The notes: generated from the sequence alone by a model not told the origin. 64,000 bases of DNA from a virus (IMGVR_UViG_3300021400_001148:1-64000); one strand, 5' to 3'; shown: positions 1 to 7,507, counted from the first letter of the stretch. Translations and numbers: made by a program.

Positions 1-434
1 GCCAATGTTATTTCGTGCAACCCAATAACACCTTTGAGTGTTTGAAAACTTGACTATTAAATTAGTATACAGTTGCAATAAGCGAATAGACAGTGTGTAG
101 AGACTATCGAAAGACGGTAGCAATACCGAATCGAGTAGAGTACATGATGAGTCGCTGAGCGTCTTTGAGTGGAAATGGGAGGAACCTAAGTTGAAATTTG
201 GATTCTAAAATTAAAACAAAATTTTGCAGGAGGTGCCTGCTATTTGGGGTGAGAACGAACCCTAATCCAATCTTGCAAGATTTCAATATGGTTAAGATAT
301 AGTCCAGACCACAAACAAATACAAGATTGCAAGGAAACTAAGAAGTGGTGTTCTTAGCCGTTTGGAAGATAACGGTGGTGTAAACTACGGGCACAGGCTT
401 AAATGTATTTGGTAGTGAAAACTATAGTGGTAAG
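1..434 (+). ncRNA. Group I intron, 3' portion (5' end lies outside the window), interrupting tRNA-Leu
   Basis: GTGTAGAGACTAT (~95-107) and AAGATATAGTCC (294-305) give the conserved P7 pairing GACUA/UAGUC; there is no credible ORF; the terminal G434 directly precedes a tRNA 3' half. Confidence 0.85.
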
Positions 435-481
435 AGGAGCATGTTCCAAAAGGAGTGAGAGTTCGATTCTCTCCGGGCCCA
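435..481 (+). tRNA. tRNA-Leu(UAG) 3' exon
   Basis: AG-GA-GCATG (rest of anticodon loop and stem), long variable arm TCC-AAAA-GGA, T arm GAGAG-TTCGATT-CTCTC, acceptor strand CGGGCCC-A. The U^AG anticodon is inferred from the omega-G position and the U required at a group I 5' splice site. Confidence 0.75.
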
Positions 482-529
482 CTGATGTAAATTTCCTCAG
501 AATTGTTCAAAATTAAACAAAAGAAGAGT

Positions 530-865
530 ATGGCTGAAACAGAAACAATCGTAAGATACGCAGAACAGGAAAATATTTCCAAGAGACTTTATGTTCTGGT
601 TAACAAGAGGCTCAATTCCATTTATGGGTGCGTTCAGGGCGGTCACGCCGTGGCACAATGGCTTTTGGATAATCCTAAGCAAAAATGGAACAACGAATAT
701 CTTATTTATTTGTGGGCAGACACCGATAGGTGGATAAGCAAATTCGATGAACTCGGTATCAGGTATTCAGCATTCCGCGAGCCGGATTTAAATGGAACTG
801 TGACAGCGATTGCCTTGCAGGAAGACACGGGTCTTCTTTTCCAAAGTTTGGAAACAATCAAATAG
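530..865 (+). CDS. Peptidyl-tRNA hydrolase 2 (PTH2/PTRHD1)-like protein
   Basis: LYVLV...VQGGHAVAQ...FREPDL..TVTAIAL pattern of the PTH2 fold; located inside the tRNA cluster. Confidence 0.6.
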   Translation: MAETETIVRYAEQENISKRLYVLVNKRLNSIYGCVQGGHAVAQWLLDNPKQKWNNEYLIYLWADTDRWISKFDELGIRYSAFREPDLNGTVTAIALQEDTGLLFQSLETIK

Positions 866-875
866 TTTTTTTTTG

Positions 876-883
876 TATATTTG
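876..883 (+). promoter_or_regulatory. Bacteroidota-type -7 promoter element
   Basis: TATATTTG matches TAnnTTTG; it is followed by non-coding structured sequence and tRNAs. Confidence 0.7.
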
Positions 884-891
884 CAATACGG

Positions 892-1105
892 AGCACCAAT
901 GTGTTGGTCTAGTAGGGATTGGCGGATGGAGACGGACGAGCAACGAAACTATGAACCTGACCCTAACCAAAGTCTACCAACTTTGTGACAAAGACTCTAA
1001 TGGCAGTTTGGTGCTGACTATCAAATCTGGATGCATACAGTGATGGTAGCCTGACCGTTACATTCCCTATCTGGCAGTCAACGGGTGACAAATGACTGCC
1101 GTTTT
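892..1105 (+). ncRNA. Candidate structured ncRNA / tRNA leader
   Basis: Nested pairings AGCACCAA/TTGGTGCT, GTTGGT/ACCAAC and TAGGG/CCCTA; hairpin GGCAGTCA/TGACTGCC whose loop (AACGG) can pair with upstream CCGTT. Confidence 0.5.
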
Positions 1106-1106
1106 T

Positions 1107-1189
1107 GACTTAGTGGCGGAATGGTAGACGCGCCTGCCTCAAAAGCAGGTCCCAGAAGTGGGGTGTGGGTTCGACTCCCACTTGAGTCA
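1107..1189 (+). tRNA. tRNA-Leu(CAA)
   Basis: Acceptor GACTTAG/TTGAGTC, anticodon arm CCTGC-CTCAAAA-GCAGG, long variable arm, GTGGG-TTCGACT-CCCAC; CCA not encoded. Confidence 0.95.
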
Positions 1190-1207
1190 CATAATCTTTG
1201 GAAATAT

Positions 1208-1363
1208 GGCCTGCTGGGGGAATGGTAGACCCAATGGACTTAATTACTTGAAAGAAAACAAGTTAAACTGCTAGATAATATACACTATGGTTGGTTTGTA
1301 CCCAACATCTAGTCAATCCATCGGCCCGAATGGGCCATCTCGGTTCGAATCCGAGGCTGGCCA
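1208..1363 (+). tRNA. tRNA-Leu(TAA) with 71-nt intron (1244-1314)
   Basis: Removing 1244-1314 restores ATGGA-CTTAAAA-TCCAT; D arm, variable arm GGCCC-GAAT-GGGCC, T arm CTCGG-TTCGAAT-CCGAG and acceptor GGCCTGC/GCTGGCC are all intact. Confidence 0.85.
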
Positions 1364-1437
1364 CAAAAAGCGAACTTAAAAGGCGTAAATATTTATATTT
1401 TTAAGTTTTTCATATATTTATATGTAAAGATTACTAT

Positions 1438-2247
1438 ATGAGAAACACAACAAAAGAGGAGTATGAAACCGCCGCAAAAATATCGTTAAGTTATGCAGGA
1501 ATGTGTAGATACCTTGGACTTTCCCCGAGAGGAGGCAATTATGCAACAATAAAAAAGAAGATTAGGGAATATAATATTGATATCTCACATTTCACAGGGA
1601 AGGGTTGGAATGTTGGGTTGAGGTTTAGGCCACAAAAAACTTATAAGTTGGAGGAGGTTCTTCAAAAAGATTTTCCATACAACACACAAAGGCTTAAGAA
1701 CAGATTATTTGAAAGTGGATTAAAAGAAAAAAAATGCGAGTGTTGTGGACTGGATGCTTGGAATGGAAAAGAAATACCATTGGAGATACATCACATGAAT
1801 GGTGATAGAACAGATAATCGTATTGAAAACTTACAAATATTGTGTCCGAATTGTCACGCACAGACTGATGGGTATAGAGGAAAGAATAAAAATAGGTATG
1901 AAAAGAAAAAATGTATAAGCGATAAAGAATTGAAAGAAAAGTATGAGCAATATAAAGAAGCAATGTTAAAAAAAAGAGAGGTTAGGGAAAAAAAACGAAA
2001 ACAGAATATTAGATATTGTAAACATTGCGGAAAAGAATTAACCAGTAAGCAAAAAGTATATTGCAGTTGTAAATGCGCTCATGCTGAAGTGTCAAAAAAG
2101 CCATCCGATGAAGTATTAAATAAAAAAATAAAAGAACTTAATGGAAATATGTCAGCGGTTGGAAGATTTTATAATGTTTCAGAAACAGCGGTCAGAAAAT
2201 GGCTAAAATTAAATAATGCTCGAGTGGCCGAAGGGTGTGGTCTGTAA
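1438..2247 (+). CDS. HNH homing endonuclease
   Basis: CECCG...LEIHHMNGDRTDNRIENLQILCPNCHAQT; C-terminal zinc finger and HTH-like segment; AT-rich relative to its neighbours. Confidence 0.9.
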   Translation: MRNTTKEEYETAAKISLSYAGMCRYLGLSPRGGNYATIKKKIREYNIDISHFTGKGWNVGLRFRPQKTYKLEEVLQKDFPYNTQRLKNRLFESGLKEKKCECCGLDAWNGKEIPLEIHHMNGDRTDNRIENLQILCPNCHAQTDGYRGKNKNRYEKKKCISDKELKEKYEQYKEAMLKKREVREKKRKQNIRYCKHCGKELTSKQKVYCSCKCAHAEVSKKPSDEVLNKKIKELNGNMSAVGRFYNVSETAVRKWLKLNNARVAEGCGL

Positions 2248-2282
2248 ATCACGATTTATGAGTTCAACTCCCACCCGGGGTA
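2218..2282 (+). pseudogene. Degenerate tRNA remnant (Cys/Tyr-like)
   Basis: GCTCGAG-TGGCCGAAGG...GTGGT-CTGTAA-ATCAC...GAG-TTCAACTC; D arm, anticodon loop and acceptor stem are damaged; overlaps the 3' end of the HNH ORF. Confidence 0.45.
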
Positions 2283-2324
2283 CAAAATTCAGTGACAAAC
2301 TATTTATGACAAAATGATTGGATT

Positions 2325-2741
2325 ATGCCAAAAATAGTTTTAAACGAATCTCAATTACATAAAATAGTATCCGAATCCGTTAAAAGGATTTTGAAAGAAT
2401 ATTTCAATCGGCATCCCTATGACTTGGAACTGGACACATATGAGATTTTTGAAAAATACCTGGGTGAGATGGCACCGGATGACGGATGGTGTGAAGATTA
2501 CATCAATGTGAAAGTGACTGCTGAGAGGGGAAGACACGACAAGGGTGACCACTGGACACCACCATATGACGAAGGTTGGCTTTTTACTGGTGTTGAAAGA
2601 TGGGATGAAGAACAACTGGGCCGGCTCTCGGAGCAATCCGGAAAAAGCGTGGAGGAGATTAAATCCGCCACAGTAAATTACATTCAGGATAATTGGGAAG
2701 AGTATCAGGAAGATATTTATCAATACGAACAATGGTATTAG
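2325..2741 (+). CDS. Hypothetical protein with N-terminal LNESQL..VKRILKE propeptide-like motif (possible internal head protein)
   Basis: N-terminal (I/L)xE repeats; TATTTAT motif at 2301-2307. Confidence 0.55.
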   Translation: MPKIVLNESQLHKIVSESVKRILKEYFNRHPYDLELDTYEIFEKYLGEMAPDDGWCEDYINVKVTAERGRHDKGDHWTPPYDEGWLFTGVERWDEEQLGRLSEQSGKSVEEIKSATVNYIQDNWEEYQEDIYQYEQWY

Positions 2742-2750
2742 AAGTTTTTG

Positions 2751-2774
2751 TATATTTGTAATGCTCTTTGAAAA
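2751..2774 (+). promoter_or_regulatory. -7 promoter plus boxA-like antitermination element
   Basis: TATATTTG (2751-2758) followed by TGCTCTTTGAAAA (2762-2774). Confidence 0.6.
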
Positions 2775-2781
2775 ATAAAAT

Positions 2782-3239
2782 ACGCTTCACCCTATAATAT
2801 AGTAGGGACTTGCCAAGCAGTAACGAGGCAAACGGGTGGATGACCGAGGAGAGATTCATAAACGATGGCTTAATCGCCTACGGCCTGTTTAAGAAACCAA
2901 CCGCGCGAAGAATTGATGTTGGGCTGCTCGTGAGACTTGTATTCAGAAACATAATTCATAAATTCTGAAAGAAGCGCCTTGCCAACAGGTGGGTAAAACC
3001 TTGTAAAGAAACAAACAAAAAGGGGCTATATTATAGCCAGCAAACCAGAGCCCCTGAACCTCGTAAACGCCCCGACCGCCTTATGCAAAGGGGGAGGTGA
3101 CAGACCATTGGGTAATTCCATAGAAGCGCTGTTAGGCTGGTTTCATTTCCAAAGGTAATGCAATCCTCGTACAGAACCGCAAGGACAGGCGGTGCTCCGG
3201 ACAGCCGAGGTTCCTCAGTCGCAGCGATGTAACAAGCGT
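2782..3239 (+). ncRNA. Large (~460 nt) highly structured ncRNA (GOLLD/ROOL-like or new class)
   Basis: No ORF of 60 aa or more on + strand; closing stem ACGCTT/AAGCGT; many internal helices; own promoter and terminator. Confidence 0.7.
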
Positions 3240-3248
3240 TTATTTTTC

Positions 3249-3284
3249 CGCATCCGGATATGTCCTCCGGGTGCGTTTTTTTTT
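3249..3284 (+). terminator. Intrinsic terminator
   Basis: CGCATCCGGA-loop-TCCGGGTGCG followed by a T9 run. Confidence 0.85.
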
Positions 3285-3292
3285 ATTGTTTC

Positions 3293-3334
3293 GCGCCGAA
3301 CCTTGCCAAAATTAAATCATTTTTTGTATATTTG
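3293..3334 (+). promoter_or_regulatory. GCGCC-N29-TAnnTTTG promoter
   Basis: GCGCC at 3293, TATATTTG at 3327 (offset 34). Confidence 0.7.
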
Positions 3335-3370
3335 TTTTCGGAAGTTAAAAACCTGAAAAATTAACAGTTT

Positions 3371-4420
3371 ATGAATCGTAGATTTGGCGTACAATCAACA
3401 GGTGTTGTCTGCCCAATTATTAGAGAGGGGGATGACATTGTCAATGTTATCACAAGTGCCATTCCAATGTCTGATATTGAAAATGGTGAAATTTTTGGAA
3501 TTACTGAAAGTGTCGTTGCAAGAGCCGCCGGCCTTTATGTGACAGTGGATGAAATTGCTGATGATATCCGGGCAAAATACGGTAATAATTCAACAATTGT
3601 TGTTGACGCTCCGATTTATTCCCGTAACAGATTTTCTATGATACTCAAAGGGATTGCAAGGGCTGCTGACATGGTAATTCTTGGTATGCCGGCGTTTGAC
3701 GAGGTAGGAAACCCCAGTGGAGTGAATCCGTTTACCGGTGTGGATATTGAAGCTTATTATAGGGAAATTATTGAATCCGAGGGTGCAAAATGTCGTGTTG
3801 TTAACGAGGTGGTTTCCGCGTTGGCTGAGCCGCACCTGCAGTTCTACCAAAATATTATCTATTGTGGGCTGCACGACTTCGACGAGTTTAGGAAAAAGTA
3901 CAAAGATGTTCCCACATACTATACTCTTGCCGATATTTGCTCAGACAAAAATCCTGATTTCGGGCTTCTTGGCTCCAACAAAGCAACAGAAGAGCGACTT
4001 AAATTGTTTCCCACCAAAGCCTTGGCTACGGAGGTGTGTTATAAGGTGCAAGAACATGTGAAGAAAGTGACAGGCAAGGATGTATATGTGTGCTGCTACG
4101 GGGACGGTTGCTTTAAAGATGCCGTTGGGGGTATCTGGGAGTTTGCCGACCCAGTTTCAATGCCCGGGTATACAAATCCTGAGGTTTTCGAGTCAACACC
4201 TAATGAAGTGAAACTCAAAGCCCTCATCGATGAGAGTGAAAATGATGAGGAGGTAAGGCGAAAAGTTGAGGAAAAGAAAGCCAATCTGAAGGGCCAGATG
4301 ATATCAATGGGTACAACACCTAGACTTATAAGAGACCTTCTTGCTTCCCTTATGGACCTCACCAGTGGTTCTGGTGATAGACAGACTCCTCTTGTTTGGG
4401 TTCGTGGCTATTTTAACTAG
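3371..4420 (+). CDS. Coenzyme F420-0:L-glutamate ligase (CofE)-like protein
   Basis: PIIREGDD...GITESVVARA...GDG...DLLASLMDLTSGSGDRQTPLVWVRGYF motifs. Confidence 0.8.
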   Translation: MNRRFGVQSTGVVCPIIREGDDIVNVITSAIPMSDIENGEIFGITESVVARAAGLYVTVDEIADDIRAKYGNNSTIVVDAPIYSRNRFSMILKGIARAADMVILGMPAFDEVGNPSGVNPFTGVDIEAYYREIIESEGAKCRVVNEVVSALAEPHLQFYQNIIYCGLHDFDEFRKKYKDVPTYYTLADICSDKNPDFGLLGSNKATEERLKLFPTKALATEVCYKVQEHVKKVTGKDVYVCCYGDGCFKDAVGGIWEFADPVSMPGYTNPEVFESTPNEVKLKALIDESENDEEVRRKVEEKKANLKGQMISMGTTPRLIRDLLASLMDLTSGSGDRQTPLVWVRGYFN

Positions 4421-4427
4421 AATAGAT

Positions 4428-4655
4428 ATGGAGAAGATGTCTTTTGATGCGTTTAAGAGCCTTCTTAAGCATGATACGGGTTTTCGCAAGGAGATGTCCA
4501 ATGAAAAAGACTTCATTGACATGGATAATGGGGTGATGCGGGTGCATACCAAGAATCTCCCAAAATATCTAGAAAAGTATATGTGTAAAGATGCGGATGA
4601 CCTCTGTAACACAATGTGGTACAGTTACGGTGTATTCTGCCAAGTAATAGACTAA
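4428..4655 (+). CDS. Hypothetical protein
   Basis: ORF tightly packed within the operon. Confidence 0.6.
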   Translation: MEKMSFDAFKSLLKHDTGFRKEMSNEKDFIDMDNGVMRVHTKNLPKYLEKYMCKDADDLCNTMWYSYGVFCQVID

Positions 4656-4658
4656 ACA

Positions 4659-4913
4659 ATGGAAATAGAAAAAATCAAAAAAGTAGAGGAACTATCCTCA
4701 CTCATTATCACGCACAAAGAGAACATTAAACTAATTGAAACTTCCAATTGCCTTATGTTTACATCGGACGGGCGGGAAGCCTCAGATAGTATCACTCTCA
4801 CTGAAAGCAAAGATACCGAAGACATAATTTCTTCAGCAAAAAAGGCGGCTATTGCGTACATTGAGAAAAAAATTAGTGAATGGGAAACAAAACTTGAAGA
4901 AATTCTCAAATAA
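4659..4913 (+). CDS. Hypothetical protein
   Basis: ORF tightly packed within the operon. Confidence 0.6.
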   Translation: MEIEKIKKVEELSSLIITHKENIKLIETSNCLMFTSDGREASDSITLTESKDTEDIISSAKKAAIAYIEKKISEWETKLEEILK

Positions 4914-4963
4914 ATTTGTATATTTGTAACATCTTTTATTAACATTTTATTTATTTAGTGAAA

Positions 4964-5452
4964 ATGGGAAACATTATTACACTTCCTGGAAGGCTCGGCA
5001 GAGATGCTGAAGTCAGGCAAACCGCCAACGGCACAAGTTTTCTCAGTTTCTCTCTGGCGGTAGATGAGAGGACTGGCAGACAGAATGAAACAAGGACTGA
5101 CTGGTACACCGTATCTTCTTTCCTCCCCAATCATGTTGGTGCTCTTGCACAGCACCTTAAGAAGGGACAACCACTTCTTGTAACTGGTAACCTCCGCCCC
5201 TCAATTTATGTGGGCCGAGACGGACAGTCTCACATTGACCTCAATGTTACGGCTTCCCAGATTGAATTCCTCAATTTTGGTAAACGCGATGATAATGGTC
5301 AGCAGCAGGCTTCAACCGCAGCAGCTCCCGCACCCGCAGCACAGGCACCAATGGCCGCTGCTCCCGCTCCAGCACCCGCCCCTTCATTCATGGAGCCACA
5401 TCCAGCAGCGCCAGTAGCAGACGCGGACCCTTCCGATGACCTTCCTTTCTAG
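4964..5452 (+). CDS. ssb: Single-stranded DNA-binding protein
   Basis: GRLGRDAEVR...FSLAV...TDWY...LKKG OB fold; Ala/Pro-rich linker; acidic DDLPF tail. Confidence 0.95.
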   Translation: MGNIITLPGRLGRDAEVRQTANGTSFLSFSLAVDERTGRQNETRTDWYTVSSFLPNHVGALAQHLKKGQPLLVTGNLRPSIYVGRDGQSHIDLNVTASQIEFLNFGKRDDNGQQQASTAAAPAPAAQAPMAAAPAPAPAPSFMEPHPAAPVADADPSDDLPF

Positions 5453-5472
5453 TAAAAAGAAATGCGGATAGT

Positions 5473-5504
5473 GCCAGAACAAACAAAGTTCTGGCTTTTT
5501 TTTT
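5473..5504 (+). terminator. Intrinsic terminator
   Basis: GCCAGAAC/GTTCTGGC stem followed by a T9 run. Confidence 0.8.
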
Positions 5505-5646
5505 GATTGGGGGGGGGGGACTATATACCAGTCGTCCAAAACTAAATTCTAATGGCCGCGGGAAAATTCTCGTGTTTTTTTTTTTCTTATCCATCGCACG
5601 GACAAAGGGCTGGTCTCAACTATTTATATATAAACTGTGATTATAT

Positions 5647-7320
5647 ATGAAATACTTGACCAAATTCGGTACTCAAAACGAATATGTTTCTTTTGCAAAC
5701 AGTGATGCATACGAAATGCCCAATGTAAGCCTTGTGGGGGAGGGTACTGTAAAGTACAATGACTATAGTAAGATACCACTTACCTTTGAAATTGTTTCTG
5801 ATGGAACCATTGTTTGGCGAGGAGAGGCGGATGAAGAAGAATATCTTTATCCCGTAACCATCGAATACAAGAAGAATGACGAGGAGTGGGTTTCAATTAC
5901 ATCGAGCATGTCGACTTCAGCACCTTCCATTGCTGTATCCACCGGAGACATTATTCAATTCAAGGGAAATAATCCTTACATAGCACAAGATGTATTTACA
6001 TACAGTTCTTTTCACGGTACTGCACGATTCAACGCCTATGGTAATATAATGTCTATCCTTGACAAGGACAACTACAAAACAATGTCTTCCATTCAAGGTT
6101 GTGGATTTCATGGACTATTTACCCAGTCCAACATCGTGGACGCTTCTAATTTGATATTACCAGCAACCACGCTTACAAATTATTGTTATTTAGATATGTT
6201 CAGCAACTGCACTTCCCTGACCTTCGCGCCGGAACTTCCAGCAACCACGCTTGCAAATTCTTGCTATAACAATATGTTCAATGGTTGCACCTCCCTGGCC
6301 TCCGCACCCAAATTACCCGCAACAACGCTTGCGAATGATTGCTATTCCGGTATGTTCGCCAGTTGCACCTCGCTGACCTCCGCGCCGGAACTTCCAGCAA
6401 CAACGCTTGCAAATGATTGCTATTCCTATATGTTCTCCAGTTGCACTTCGCTGACCTTCGCACCAGCACTTCCAGCAACCACCCTTGCGAATGGTTGCTA
6501 TAGACAAATGTTCAATGGTTGCTCTAAACTAACAACAGCACCAGCACTTCCAGCAACCACGCTTGTGGATTCTTGCTATCCCGATATGTTCGCCAGTTGC
6601 ACCTCGCTGACCTTCGCACCAGCACTTCCAGCAACCACGCTTGCGGATTCTTGCTATTCTAATATGTTCCAAGGTTGCACCTCCCTTACCTCCGCACCTG
6701 AACTTCCAGCGACCACGCTTGAGAGTGCCTGCTATTACAGTATGTTCCGTGGTTGTGCCTCCCTTACTTCCGCACCGGAACTTCCAGCAACCACGCTTGC
6801 AAACTCTTGTTATTCCAATATGTTCAGTGACTGTACCTCCCTTACCTCCGCACCGGAACTTCCCGCAACCACGCTTGCGACTAATTGCTATTACTATATG
6901 TTCCGAAATTGCGTATCACTGACCTCCGCGCCGGAACTTCCTGCAACCACGCTTGCGGCTTCTTGCTATCAAAATATGTTCTATGGTTGCACCTCGCTGA
7001 CCTCCGCACCGGAACTTCCAGCAACAACGCTTGTGGATTATTGCTATAACCACATGTTCTATGGTTGCTCTAAACTAATAACAGCACCGGAACTTCCAGC
7101 AACAAGGCTTGTGGGTTCTTGCTATTACAATATGTTCAATGGTTGCACCTCACTTAACTACATCAAGTGCCTTGTAACGAATATATCAGCAACAACATCC
7201 GCTTTAGGCAGTTGGGTTCAGAATGTTGCTACCTCAGGAACCTTTGTAAAGAAATCAGGCGTTTCTTGGCCGTCAGGTACTTCGGGTATTCCTTCCGGTT
7301 GGACAATTCAAGAGGTATAA
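5647..7320 (+). CDS. BspA-like leucine-rich repeat protein (13 x 26-aa repeats), probable virion adhesin
   Basis: LPATTLAxxCYxxMFxGCTSLTSAPE repeated 13 times; C-terminal GIPSGWT cap; TATTTATA at 5621-5628. Confidence 0.8.
   Translation: MKYLTKFGTQNEYVSFANSDAYEMPNVSLVGEGTVKYNDYSKIPLTFEIVSDGTIVWRGEADEEEYLYPVTIEYKKNDEEWVSITSSMSTSAPSIAVSTGDIIQFKGNNPYIAQDVFTYSSFHGTARFNAYGNIMSILDKDNYKTMSSIQGCGFHGLFTQSNIVDASNLILPATTLTNYCYLDMFSNCTSLTFAPELPATTLANSCYNNMFNGCTSLASAPKLPATTLANDCYSGMFASCTSLTSAPELPATTLANDCYSYMFSSCTSLTFAPALPATTLANGCYRQMFNGCSKLTTAPALPATTLVDSCYPDMFASCTSLTFAPALPATTLADSCYSNMFQGCTSLTSAPELPATTLESACYYSMFRGCASLTSAPELPATTLANSCYSNMFSDCTSLTSAPELPATTLATNCYYYMFRNCVSLTSAPELPATTLAASCYQNMFYGCTSLTSAPELPATTLVDYCYNHMFYGCSKLITAPELPATRLVGSCYYNMFNGCTSLNYIKCLVTNISATTSALGSWVQNVATSGTFVKKSGVSWPSGTSGIPSGWTIQEV
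6157..7160 (+). repeat. 78-bp coding tandem repeat (~13 units)
   Basis: CTTCCAGCAACCACGCTTG...TGCTAT...ATGTTC recurs with a 78-nt period. Confidence 0.9.
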
Positions 7321-7366
7321 AGAAACGTTCCTGAAATTGACTTTATGACCATTGTGATATATTTAT

Positions 7367-7420
7367 AAATCCCAAGTTTCAAGGTCTGTATTCACTTATA
7401 CCTTGAAACTTGGGATTTTT
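7367..7420. terminator. 19-bp perfect inverted repeat, likely terminator
   Basis: AAATCCCAAGTTTCAAGGT (7367-7385) pairs with ACCTTGAAACTTGGGATTT (7400-7418). Confidence 0.7.
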
Positions 7421-7507
7421 CTGATTATTTTCTGGAAGTTACATGATTATTGTGGGCAACTGGTATATAATTCTTTTTTTTTGTATATTTGTAAAAATGT
7501 TACGAAC

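Noticed and set aside
933-980. Hammerhead ribozyme (CGGACGA-GCAAC-GAAAC...GTC)
   Set aside because: The core deviates from CUGANGA, and stems I and III pair poorly; not supportable without covariation.
1244-1314. Alternative splice using G1312 to give a UUC anticodon on a Leu body
   Set aside because: It would need group I chemistry, for which no core exists; the simple UAA reconstruction is more parsimonious.
2782-3239. RNase P RNA or tmRNA identity for the large ncRNA
   Set aside because: GAGGAGAG, GGGTAAAACC and ACAGAACC only loosely echo RNase P; the GAAAGUCC/GGCUUA P4 pairing is absent. There is no tRNA-like domain or tag ORF for tmRNA.
5509-5519. G11 tract as a phase-variation switch
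   Set aside because: It is intergenic, about 100 bp from the next promoter motif and just after a terminator, with no evident element whose spacing it would change.
6157-7160. CRISPR array
   Set aside because: The repeats are in-frame 78-bp coding units without unique spacers; no cas genes are present.
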